From a virus (Duplodnaviria; Caudoviricetes): a DNA stretch of 63,818 nt. The notes under the pieces were generated by a model that was not told where the DNA came from, made no database searches, and saw only the letters and a list, made by a program, of their open reading frames with translations. Within the stretch, counting starts at the first letter, position 1, and each line of letters opens with the position of its first letter. Where the stretch lies: the IMG/VR virus record IMGVR_UViG_3300020020_000030, positions 1-63,818 of that record. One strand, given 5' to 3'. Positions 27,786-36,047 of the stretch are shown piece by piece. The position numbers were made by a program, and so were the translations under genes.

Positions 27786-27803
27786 TTCCCGAACGTTCGG
27801 GAA
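27786..27803. promoter_or_regulatory. Palindromic motif, copy 6
   Basis: Perfect copy 10 nt upstream of the -35 box. Confidence 0.8.
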
Positions 27804-27813
27804 CGGAGGCCAT

Positions 27814-27842
27814 TTGACTTAGGGCAAGTGCCGTAATAGCCT
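27814..27842 (+). promoter_or_regulatory. sigmaA-type promoter of the recombination operon
   Basis: TTGACT-17bp-TAGCCT. Confidence 0.7.
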
Positions 27843-27867
27843 TAGTTCGTACCCCAGAAAGGGCCTC

Positions 27868-28092
27868 ATGACAGATGCTCCGCTTCGACGCTCCGGCGTC
27901 CTGACGTTCCCCGGCTCGCCGACGGACGAGCGCATGGCCGCGGCCGTGCTCGTCACGCAGGCAGAGAACGGCGAGTACCACCACTTCATCCAGACCGGCC
28001 CGGGCTTCAAGTCCGTGCCAGACGCCCTCGGCGCGATGGTCGCGCTCGAGGTCGAGATCGCCAACCCGGAAGGAACCTCACATGGCGAATGA
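27868..28092 (+). CDS. Hypothetical protein
   Basis: CCCCAGAAAGGG RBS. Confidence 0.55.
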   Translation: MTDAPLRRSGVLTFPGSPTDERMAAAVLVTQAENGEYHHFIQTGPGFKSVPDALGAMVALEVEIANPEGTSHGE

Positions 28093-28660
28093 AACAGTCA
28101 TCACGGTCGTCGGCAACCTGACCGCCGACCCCGAGACGCGAGAGGTCGGCGGCGCCACCGTCGCGAACTTCACGATCGCGTCCACGCCCCGCATGTTCGA
28201 CAAGAACTCGAACGAGTGGAAGGACGGCGAGGCGCTCTTCCTGCGCTGCTCCGCCTGGCGCGAGCTCGCCGGCAACATCGCCACGTCGCTGCGCAAGGGC
28301 ACTGCGGTCATCGCACAGGGCAGGCTCAAGCAGCGCTCGTACGAGAAGGACGGCAACCGCCAGACCGTGATCGAGCTCGAGGTCGATTCGATCGGCCCGG
28401 ACCTGCGCCGCGCCTCGGCGCAGGTGCAGAAGAACTCGCCGCAGGGCCAGCAGGGTCAGCCGCAGCTCGCGTACGGGGCGCCGGCACAGACCGCCTACGG
28501 CCAGCCCCCGCAGGGCTACGGCCAGCCGCAGTACGGCCAGCCGCCCCAGCAGGGTCAGCCCCAGCAGTGGCCGGCACAGCCGCCCCAGCAGCCGGCGTAC
28601 GGCTACCCGCCCCAGCAGGGTGAGTACCAGCACCCGACCGACCCCAACACGCCGTTCTGA
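28082..28660 (+). CDS. ssb: Single-stranded DNA-binding protein
   Basis: Actinobacterial SSB N-terminus ([15 protein letters not shown]), Q/P-rich linker, C-terminal PF. Confidence 0.95.
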   Translation: MANETVITVVGNLTADPETREVGGATVANFTIASTPRMFDKNSNEWKDGEALFLRCSAWRELAGNIATSLRKGTAVIAQGRLKQRSYEKDGNRQTVIELEVDSIGPDLRRASAQVQKNSPQGQQGQPQLAYGAPAQTAYGQPPQGYGQPQYGQPPQQGQPQQWPAQPPQQPAYGYPPQQGEYQHPTDPNTPF

Positions 28661-28662
28661 GC

Positions 28663-28860
28663 ATGACCGTCGACGAATTGGGCGAGCACATCAAGCAGCT
28701 CAAGGCGCGTGGTCGCATCACCGGCGACACGGATGTCTATGTCCGCGACCCGAACGTGAGCGACGAGGCGATCGAGGCCGGCTCTCGGGGGTACGTGGAT
28801 CTCGACGAGATCCTCGTGCTCGACGGGGAGCACCTGCTCCTGTACCCGATGCCGGAGTAG
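28663..28860 (+). CDS. Hypothetical protein
   Basis: 65 aa, operon-packed. Confidence 0.5.
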   Translation: MTVDELGEHIKQLKARGRITGDTDVYVRDPNVSDEAIEAGSRGYVDLDEILVLDGEHLLLYPMPE

Positions 28861-28863
28861 GCC

Positions 28864-29313
28864 ATGCTCAACTTCCGCGCTTACGGTGTCCCGCAGGTCC
28901 AGGGGAACCACAGGGTCTCGAGGGCAGGCAAGTTCGCGAAGATCAGGGATGCGAATCCCGATCTTCCGGGCTGGCGCCTGCTCGTGAGCACCGAGGCGCG
29001 GAGGGCGTTCGGGGGAACGCCCATGCTGCTTGGGCCGGTCGAGTTGGAGGTTGACTTCTGGCTCGTCCGGCCCAAGACGGCATCCCGCACAGTCGACGTC
29101 CGGCCGCTCACCCGCGGCGGCGGCGACTGGGACAAGCTCGCCCGAGCGATCGGCGACTCGCTGGTGGATGCCGGCGTGATGAAGGACGACTCGCAAATCG
29201 TCGAGGCGACTGTGCGCAAGTTCTACGCTGTCACCCGCGACCTGCCCAAGATCTACACCCCGGGTTACCACTGGGAGCAGGCAGGCGCGAACATCACCGT
29301 GAGGGGGTTGTGA
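28864..29313 (+). CDS. rusA: RusA-like Holliday junction resolvase
   Basis: DWDKLARAIGDSL..GVMKDDSQIV signature. Confidence 0.9.
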   Translation: MLNFRAYGVPQVQGNHRVSRAGKFAKIRDANPDLPGWRLLVSTEARRAFGGTPMLLGPVELEVDFWLVRPKTASRTVDVRPLTRGGGDWDKLARAIGDSLVDAGVMKDDSQIVEATVRKFYAVTRDLPKIYTPGYHWEQAGANITVRGL

Positions 29314-29855
29314 TGAGACTCGAGCGCGATCTCGAGGCGGCGATCATCCGCCAGATCCACGAGCACCCGGAGCGCGCCATCGTGCTCCCGGACTGGGCGT
29401 ACTGGAAGGGCCGCAACCAGCCCATCGTGTACCCCGAGGGCCTGCCCACGAAGCTGAGCCGCTACCTGTACGAGAAGGTCGTCGGCCCACTGCCCTACAA
29501 CGCGCAGCTCATCCTGCGAGACGGCGTGCACCCGCGCAACGTGAACCCGCTGCTGTTCGTCGCCGAGCCGGGCCGGCACCGCGGCGAGACCTGCCCGAAC
29601 GGCCACGCCTACGCCGGCAACGAGATGCCCGACAACTCGATGGGGTGGCGGTGTCGGACCTGCTACGTAGCCTGGCTCGAGAAGCACTCGCTCGGCCGGC
29701 TGAACCAGGGACAGCTCAACGCACGCAAGACGCACTGCCCGCAGAACCACCCGTACGACGAGGACAACACGATCTATCTGAGCAACGGCCGACGCCGGTG
29801 CCGGATCTGCAACGCGGCGCAGTCCGCCGCGTACGCCGCTCGCCGAGCGGCCTAA
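29310..29855 (+). CDS. HNH-endonuclease-related protein with two Zn-finger repeats (nuclease core degenerate)
   Basis: TCPNGH..CRTC and THCPQNHPY..CRIC repeats; VNP.L remnant. Confidence 0.6.
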   Translation: MMRLERDLEAAIIRQIHEHPERAIVLPDWAYWKGRNQPIVYPEGLPTKLSRYLYEKVVGPLPYNAQLILRDGVHPRNVNPLLFVAEPGRHRGETCPNGHAYAGNEMPDNSMGWRCRTCYVAWLEKHSLGRLNQGQLNARKTHCPQNHPYDEDNTIYLSNGRRRCRICNAAQSAAYAARRAA

Positions 29856-29871
29856 CCCCGGAAGGAACCAG

Positions 29872-30690
29872 ATGAGCACACGACTGATCGCAGAGCAGGA
29901 GGGTGGGCGTCTCACGCAGGCGCAGATCCTCCGGCTGGTGACGGCCATCGAGCCGGCACACGTCGAGAACAAGCGCGGCATGAGCTACATGGCGCAGTTC
30001 GAGGTGCGCGCCGAGCTCACCCGCATCTTCGGCTTCGGCAATTGGGACTCCGAGGTCGAGGTGATGGAGTGCCTCTACGAGACGAGGCTGGTGCAGGGCG
30101 ACGAGCAGTTCCCCGCCAGCGCGAAGGACAAGACCAAGACCTACTGGGTCGCGGCCTACCGTGCCGCCGTGCGCCTGACCATCCGCGACTACTGGGGCCG
30201 CGAGGTCTGCTCGTTCCTCGAGTACCACGTCGAGGAGAACGCCCCGCTCCCGAACCGGGGCGAGGCGCACGCGATGGCCATGACGTCGGTGGAGAGCTAC
30301 GCCCTCCGCCGCGCCGCGATCGGCCTCGGCGACCGCCTCGGCCTGGGTCTCTACGACAAGGGCTCCACCCAGCCGCTCGTGATGCGCACCCTGCAGCTCG
30401 ACGACCCGGAGAGCCCGACGTTCTACAACCCGTCTGCGCAGAACCAGGTACAGCAGGCACCCGCTCAAGTACAGCCCGCCCCCGTTCAAGTCGGCAGCCC
30501 CGACGCGGCATCCCACCTCGGCCGGCCGGCACAGCGCCGGATCGAGAACTTCAAGGAGGCGCAGGCCACGGTGCAGGCGGGCAACCAGGCGGCACGCGAG
30601 GTGGCGCCGGTCGACCCCTACATGGAGCGCGCAGCTGCGGGCATGAAGTACGACGAGCGAGACGGAAACGGAGGCCCCTACGGTGGCTGA
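29872..30690 (+). CDS. Rad52/Rad22-like single-strand annealing protein
   Basis: SYM..EV..LTRIFGFGNW...ESYALRRAAIGLGDRLGLGLY. Confidence 0.85.
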   Translation: MSTRLIAEQEGGRLTQAQILRLVTAIEPAHVENKRGMSYMAQFEVRAELTRIFGFGNWDSEVEVMECLYETRLVQGDEQFPASAKDKTKTYWVAAYRAAVRLTIRDYWGREVCSFLEYHVEENAPLPNRGEAHAMAMTSVESYALRRAAIGLGDRLGLGLYDKGSTQPLVMRTLQLDDPESPTFYNPSAQNQVQQAPAQVQPAPVQVGSPDAASHLGRPAQRRIENFKEAQATVQAGNQAAREVAPVDPYMERAAAGMKYDERDGNGGPYGG

Positions 30691-31831
30691 ATTGGTACGT
30701 GACACCGCACTAGAGCGAGCGATGCTCGCCGCGGTACTGGAAGAGAGGGCCAACGACGGCCGGAAGCGGCAGAAATTGGTCGGACCCTCGAGCATCGGAT
30801 TCTGCCGGGAGCTGCTTCGGGCGGACCTGTTCGAGCCGGATGTGGAGCGCGAACCGGAATCCCATTGGGCGGTCGCAGCTCATGTGGGCACCGTGATGGG
30901 CGACCGGCTCGAGACGATCTTCGGCGAGCGCCTCAATGCGGTGGCGCAGAACCGGATCACCACCTGGCTCGAGGAGCTCGGCTTCGCGATCTCCGGCGCG
31001 ATGGACCTTGTGTTCACCGGCGCCGATCAGATCTCGGATCTCAAGTCGACGGCGGATATGGGCGGCGTGCTCAGTGATCTCGCGTCGGATGCCGCGAAGA
31101 TCGAGCGCCTGCTCGCGATCAAGGACAAGGGCCGGCTCTACAACGACTGGGAGCCTGCGTACGACAACGACGGCAACGAGATCTGGGTCGACGGCGTGCA
31201 GATCATGCGCGAGCAGACCGACGAGATCCTCAAGTGGGTAGCGAAGCTGTCGTACTACTGCCAGATCGCGGTCTACGTGATGGGCGCCATCCAGTCCGGG
31301 CTGATCGACGAGAGCGGCACGGGGCGGCTGGTGTTCTACGACCGCTCGGGCGACTACCAGGAGTTCGTGGCGGTCGTGATCGACAACCGGATGATCGACC
31401 TGTTCTTCGCGATCGCGCAGCACCGGGTGCGCCAGGTGGTCGACGCACAGAAGGCGCTGGATGCCGGCGACCCGAGCCTGCGCCACGCCCTGCGTGACAA
31501 GAGCCCGTCGTTCTGCTTCTCGCCCAAGGTGATGTGCGGCCGGCGGATGCACTGCTGGGGCGGATCCGACTGGGCGCCCTCGCAGACCGAGATCACGGAT
31601 GCCGAGTACATCCGGGCAACCGAGCACTACGTGGAGGGCCACGCGCTCGAGAAGCTCGGCAAGGGCATGAAGGAAGCCGCCCGCTCACTGCTCCGCGGCG
31701 ACGGCACAGAGGCGACCCGGATCCAGGGCACTACTCCCGATGGCGTGATGGTGTCCTGGGTCCGCGGTGGATCGACGATCAACGTCGTCGAGACCGTCCC
31801 GAGGAAGGTGGAGGCCGATGCAGACGCCTAA
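30683..31831 (+). CDS. PD-(D/E)XK / Cas4-like exonuclease
   Basis: GPSSIGFC, G.MD...DLKS, Q.AVY and C-terminal Cys cluster; adjacent to the SSAP. Confidence 0.75.
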   Translation: MAELVRDTALERAMLAAVLEERANDGRKRQKLVGPSSIGFCRELLRADLFEPDVEREPESHWAVAAHVGTVMGDRLETIFGERLNAVAQNRITTWLEELGFAISGAMDLVFTGADQISDLKSTADMGGVLSDLASDAAKIERLLAIKDKGRLYNDWEPAYDNDGNEIWVDGVQIMREQTDEILKWVAKLSYYCQIAVYVMGAIQSGLIDESGTGRLVFYDRSGDYQEFVAVVIDNRMIDLFFAIAQHRVRQVVDAQKALDAGDPSLRHALRDKSPSFCFSPKVMCGRRMHCWGGSDWAPSQTEITDAEYIRATEHYVEGHALEKLGKGMKEAARSLLRGDGTEATRIQGTTPDGVMVSWVRGGSTINVVETVPRKVEADADA

Positions 31832-32003
31832 GCCGAGGTGCGGAGCACCGCTGGCGCCCAGCACGGACAAGCGGCGGCGCTACGAGACCTGCCGGCACAT
31901 CGTGAAGCCGGGCGGTCACTGCCACCGGCACCGCACAGAGGCCGAGGAGCAAGAGGCATTCGAGCGAGCGCTCAGGCCACCGCGAGAGGAGTGGGAGCGA
32001 TGA
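31818..32003 (+). CDS. Small Cys/His protein
   Basis: RCGA...C...CHRH. Confidence 0.45.
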   Translation: MQTPKPRCGAPLAPSTDKRRRYETCRHIVKPGGHCHRHRTEAEEQEAFERALRPPREEWER

Positions 32004-32788
32004 CCGGCAAGGGCCCGAACGGGAACTCGCCGCACCAGAACCTCGCGCAGCTGCGGAGCAAGCCGGTGTTCGACACGCCGGCGGAACCGGAGCGCACCAA
32101 GTGCCCATATCACCCGACAAAGAGGATGTGGACAGACGAGCGGGATGCTATCCGCGAGGCCGAGGCCCGCAGCATCGCCGCCAAGATCCCGATCGCGGCG
32201 TATCGGTGCGAGGGATGCGAGAACATCCATCTCGCCAAGCGCCAGAACGTCCGCGAGGGCTCACTGATTGAGAGGCCGCACGTGGAAGAGCCGGAACTGC
32301 CCCTGGTATTGGGCAACGCAGAAGCGAAACGGAAGGTGCTCGCCGGATTCCTGGCCGAGCATGAGTCGGCCACCACCGATGAGCTCGTGGAGCTCCTCGG
32401 CGTCGGGCGAAAGAGCATCACGCCCTACATGGCGGAGGCCGGCTGGTACAACACCCGGGGCCGACACGCCAGGTGGGTCAAGCGCGACACGCCAAGGACG
32501 ACACCCGAGCAGGCGGCGAAAGCGCAGGCGTTCGCCGACCAGGAAGCCCGGGATGCCGGCGTCGAGGTGCGGAGCACCGGAGTGCCGCCGAACTTCGAGG
32601 TGTTCAAGGGCAAGGGCCGGCACCTCAAGCCGGTCGACGACTCGATGAGCCGGCACCCGTCCGCCCAGCACGTCGGCTGGATGCCGATGGAGAACCTCAA
32701 CCCGATCATCCACATCCCGCTCGGGGATGTGGTCGCGGTGCTCAAGGCCGCGGGCTTGGAGCTGCGGCTGCAGACACGCGCGCACTGA
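32000..32788 (+). CDS. Zn-finger/HTH DNA-binding protein
   Basis: AYRCEGCENIHL plus ATTDELVELLGVGRKSI HTH. Confidence 0.6.
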   Translation: MTGKGPNGNSPHQNLAQLRSKPVFDTPAEPERTKCPYHPTKRMWTDERDAIREAEARSIAAKIPIAAYRCEGCENIHLAKRQNVREGSLIERPHVEEPELPLVLGNAEAKRKVLAGFLAEHESATTDELVELLGVGRKSITPYMAEAGWYNTRGRHARWVKRDTPRTTPEQAAKAQAFADQEARDAGVEVRSTGVPPNFEVFKGKGRHLKPVDDSMSRHPSAQHVGWMPMENLNPIIHIPLGDVVAVLKAAGLELRLQTRAH

Positions 32789-32824
32789 TCATCTACCCTC
32801 TACGTGTACCCCGGAAAGGACACA

Positions 32825-32992
32825 ATGGCACTGCACATCACCCTCCACGTCGACGTGAACGACCAGTCGGCCGCGATCAAGATCGCCGAGCAGCTCAGCG
32901 CTCAGGCGATCGGATTCTCGCTCGACGGGCACTCGACGATGCTGACCATCGACGACGGCACCACGATGCGTGAGATTCAGGGGGAGGACTGA
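32825..32992 (+). CDS. Hypothetical protein
   Basis: CCCCGGAAAGGA RBS. Confidence 0.55.
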   Translation: MALHITLHVDVNDQSAAIKIAEQLSAQAIGFSLDGHSTMLTIDDGTTMREIQGED

Positions 32993-33115
32993 CGCGCTGT
33001 ACGCCTCTGTGACGCATCGGACCCCGTCCACGCCCAATCACACGCACCCACCTCAGATCGGCGCAGAGCGCCAGCCACCGCCTCAGCCCGAGGCGATTCC
33101 ATCGAAAGGCACACC

Positions 33116-33742
33116 ATGACCGACGCAAACCTCACCCGACTGGTGATCCTGGCCGACCGTAGCGGGTCGATGCAGATCATCCAGAGCGATATGAACGGCG
33201 CCATCCGGCAGCTGCTCGCGGACCAGGCGAAGGAGCCGGGCGCGATCCTCGTCGACGTCGTCACGTTCGACACGATCGTGGAGAACCCGTACACCGGCGT
33301 CCGTCCCGACGACATCAAGACCGACATCATCCACGCCCGCGGCGGCACCGCGCTCAACGACGCGCTCGGCTCCACGATCGCCAGGCTGGGCGAGGAGCTC
33401 GCCGAGCTCGAGGAGGATGACCGCCCCGGGCACGTGATCTTCGTCGTGGTCACCGACGGCGAGGAGAACTCGAGCCGCGAGTACACCGCACCCGCGGTCA
33501 AGGCGATGGTCGAGGAGCAGCAGGACAAGTGGGGCTGGACGTTCCTGTTCCTGGGCGCGAACATCGACAGCTTCGCGGTCGCCGGCGGCTACGGCATCCG
33601 GCCCGGCTCCACGATCAACTACGCGCCCACCCGCGAGGGCACGCAGTCGGTCATCGCGACCGCCTCTGCCGGCGTCACCCGGACCCGCTCCGGCCTGGCA
33701 ACGGACTTCACCGAGGAAGAGCGGGAGGCGGCGGGTGCCTGA
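33116..33742 (+). CDS. von Willebrand factor A domain protein
   Basis: MIDAS DRSGS, GGTALND, TDGEENSS. Confidence 0.85.
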   Translation: MTDANLTRLVILADRSGSMQIIQSDMNGAIRQLLADQAKEPGAILVDVVTFDTIVENPYTGVRPDDIKTDIIHARGGTALNDALGSTIARLGEELAELEEDDRPGHVIFVVVTDGEENSSREYTAPAVKAMVEEQQDKWGWTFLFLGANIDSFAVAGGYGIRPGSTINYAPTREGTQSVIATASAGVTRTRSGLATDFTEEEREAAGA

Positions 33743-33746
33743 CACG

Positions 33747-34127
33747 ATGACCGAGACCGAGACGCTCTCCGCCCGTCTCGAGCGGCTCGCGTCCGAGGTC
33801 ACGCTGGCCGAGAACTTCGGCCTCCGCGTGGAAGAGGACGCCAAAGGGTGGTTCCTGCAAATCACCTGCTGGCGGCGTGACGTGATCACAGGCGAGATGG
33901 GCGAGGGGCACGGTGGCAAGTTCCACCCGTCCGAGCACTCCACCGAGTCCGAGCTACTCCAAGCCGTGTTCGGGCTCTACCTGCGGTACGTCGAGCACGA
34001 GGCGCGCGAGACGTTCGAGTGGCGCGGCCGGCGCATCTATGGCCCGCACATCAGTGCGCAGGCGTTGTACGAGGTTGCCCGCAGAGTCGACGTCCGCTCT
34101 GCTCGCCACGAGGAGGATCAGCGATGA
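33747..34127 (+). CDS. Hypothetical protein
   Basis: EHEARETFEWRGRRIYGPH motif. Confidence 0.65.
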   Translation: MTETETLSARLERLASEVTLAENFGLRVEEDAKGWFLQITCWRRDVITGEMGEGHGGKFHPSEHSTESELLQAVFGLYLRYVEHEARETFEWRGRRIYGPHISAQALYEVARRVDVRSARHEEDQR

Positions 34128-34366
34128 CCGATCAGGAGCCACGTCCGCTCATCGTCCGGCTCGCCGAGTACGCCACCTCCCTGCGCACCACCGCCGCCGG
34201 CATGGTCGACGCCGCCGAGAAGATCGAGGCGAAGTACGGCGTGAAGGCGGCGAACACAGAGCCGCTCCGCGACGGCATCCGCCTCTACGGGTTGTTCGCC
34301 GACGACCTCGACAAGCTCCTCCGCGGCGAGGAGCTCAACCCGTTCGTGATCGAGGGGGAGGTCTGA
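34124..34366 (+). CDS. Hypothetical protein
   Basis: GAGGAGG RBS; ATGA overlap. Confidence 0.55.
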   Translation: MTDQEPRPLIVRLAEYATSLRTTAAGMVDAAEKIEAKYGVKAANTEPLRDGIRLYGLFADDLDKLLRGEELNPFVIEGEV

Positions 34367-34696
34367 GCATGGCTGAGCCCAAGGTGTTCCACATCTGGCG
34401 GCAGATGCGCGGCACGCAGGTCTACGCCGTCACTGCGGGCTCGAAGGCGGAGGCGCGGCGGCTGGTGCTCGAGGGCAAGGCGGAGGCCGTGGACTTCTAC
34501 GTCACCGGCGCCGAGTCGGGGATGCGGATCGAGGAGCAGTCGTGAGCACGTATCTGGAACTCGCGAAGCTCAATCTCGAGCAGGCCAACGGCCTGCAGCG
34601 CGATCAGTCGATGGGCATGATCGCCGCCGCGCAGGTCTACGCGACCATCGCGCTCACCGAGCAGGTCCAGCGCATCGCCGACGAGATGGCGACGCC

Positions 34697-34882
34697 ATGA
34701 GCACGATGATCGAGGTCGCGCTGCACATCCCGCAGGAGCGGGTGCTCAACGCCGGCTTCGCCGACGTGATGCGCTACGCCTCGCTCCGGCCGGACGGGAC
34801 CGTGGTGCTCGACTATGAGCAGCTCGGCGTGGGAATCGAGAGGGGTGATCGCGTTGGCATCTGGAAGCTCATCGAACACTGA
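34697..34882 (+). CDS. Hypothetical protein
   Basis: 61 aa, operon-packed. Confidence 0.45.
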   Translation: MSTMIEVALHIPQERVLNAGFADVMRYASLRPDGTVVLDYEQLGVGIERGDRVGIWKLIEH

Positions 34883-35178
34883 CGGAGGGATCCGCCCGCC
34901 CTACATGGATGAGCAGTGGCGGGAGATGCGCCGGCATCTGAACGAGGCCAGCGAGTCTGCCGCGAAAGCGGCGGACGCCGCGATCCTCACCGATGTCCGG
35001 CACCTCATGAATCGCGCACACGTCGAGCTCGAGCACGCGATCTTCATCCGCGAGCAGATCGAGAAGAGGCGAGGGTGATCTGGCACAGGCTCCGCGGGCA
35101 CTCGATCGTCTATCACCGGCTGGTCAGCGTGTCCCACCCGGACGGCTGGTTCTGCTCCTGTGGGAAGCGCTGGATCCC

Positions 35179-35460
35179 GTGACCCACGTGCCCACCGTGC
35201 TCGAGCTCGTCGAGCTCGGCCTCGCCAAAGAGGTCGTGCGGATGGTGCCGGCCGGCAAGACCGGCAAGAAGTTCAGGCGCGAGGTCACGCACTGGATCTC
35301 GCCGGAAGGTCACGCCCTGCTCGGCGAACGGATGCGGGAGAATGCCGAGGCGGCGATCGCCCGAGGCGAGGGTGACTGGGTTCAGCCGCCCTCGTCCGGC
35401 ATCCTGCTCGACCTGGCACCCGCCGAAGTGGAGAACCTCATGACCGGCCCAGCCGCATGA
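35179..35460 (+). CDS. Hypothetical protein
   Basis: 93 aa, operon-packed. Confidence 0.5.
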   Translation: MTHVPTVLELVELGLAKEVVRMVPAGKTGKKFRREVTHWISPEGHALLGERMRENAEAAIARGEGDWVQPPSSGILLDLAPAEVENLMTGPAA

Positions 35461-35633
35461 CGTGGAAACGCCATCGCACGCACAACCCCCGGAACTGCGA
35501 CAACTGCCCGCCACGGCATCCGGCGATCTGGATCCTCAATCGCCGGCCGTTCTCCGATGAGTACCTCTGCGTGGTGCACGCCGAGCGCGAGGCCGCGGCC
35601 TACGGAATTGACCCGCCCCCGCGTACCCCATAA
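35457..35633 (+). CDS. Small Cys/His protein (58 aa)
   Basis: ATGA overlap; CDNC...C..H. Confidence 0.45.
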   Translation: MTWKRHRTHNPRNCDNCPPRHPAIWILNRRPFSDEYLCVVHAEREAAAYGIDPPPRTP

Positions 35634-35636
35634 ACT
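35608..35636 (+). promoter_or_regulatory. sigmaA-type promoter for the candidate ncRNA
   Basis: TTGACC-17bp-TAAACT. Confidence 0.6.
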
Positions 35637-35642
35637 TGCGGG

Positions 35643-35828
35643 CAAGGAGTCGCCGACCGAGCGCAAGCTCGAGTGACTGACCGCCCTACCAAGATCGGCT
35701 AACGGGCGGAGCCGCCGACTGGGGTCAATGCTCACCTCATATGCAGTCGGAGCAGACATTAGGGAACGAGCGACAGAGGCCCCGCGATTCTCCCCGCCGA
35801 AAGGCGCGAATCTCCCCGGGGCCTCTGG
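35643..35828 (+). ncRNA. Candidate structured ncRNA (~185 nt) of unknown family
   Basis: Four consecutive stem-loops, two capped by GNRA tetraloops; downstream of a promoter; no credible ORF. Confidence 0.5.
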
Positions 35829-35833
35829 TGCGC

Positions 35834-36047
35834 CTACGCCCTGGGCAGGAGTCCCTGCCACACCAGGACGACGATGACGATGATCAGCACCGCCATCACG
35901 ATCCACGTGAACCACTGAAACCCCGTCCCCGTAGAGCCATTGCTGGCCCTGCGAGGGCGGGGTTTTGTGCGCGCGCGACGTTGGATCCTCAGCAGCCAGG
36001 TGAACGACCAACCCGGACGGTCATCGCCGGGTGCGCCGGCCACCGTC
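35834..36047 (-). CDS. Small membrane protein after endolysin (possible lysis accessory; start uncertain)
   Basis: C-terminal TM segment WFTWIVMAVLIIVIVVLVW. Confidence 0.35.

Noticed and set aside
30683-31831. Cas4 as evidence of a CRISPR-Cas system
   Set aside because: A solo PD-(D/E)XK nuclease next to an SSAP is the usual phage recombination pair.
35643-35828. Hammerhead ribozyme
   Set aside because: No CUGANGA core could be found; retained only as an unknown structured RNA.
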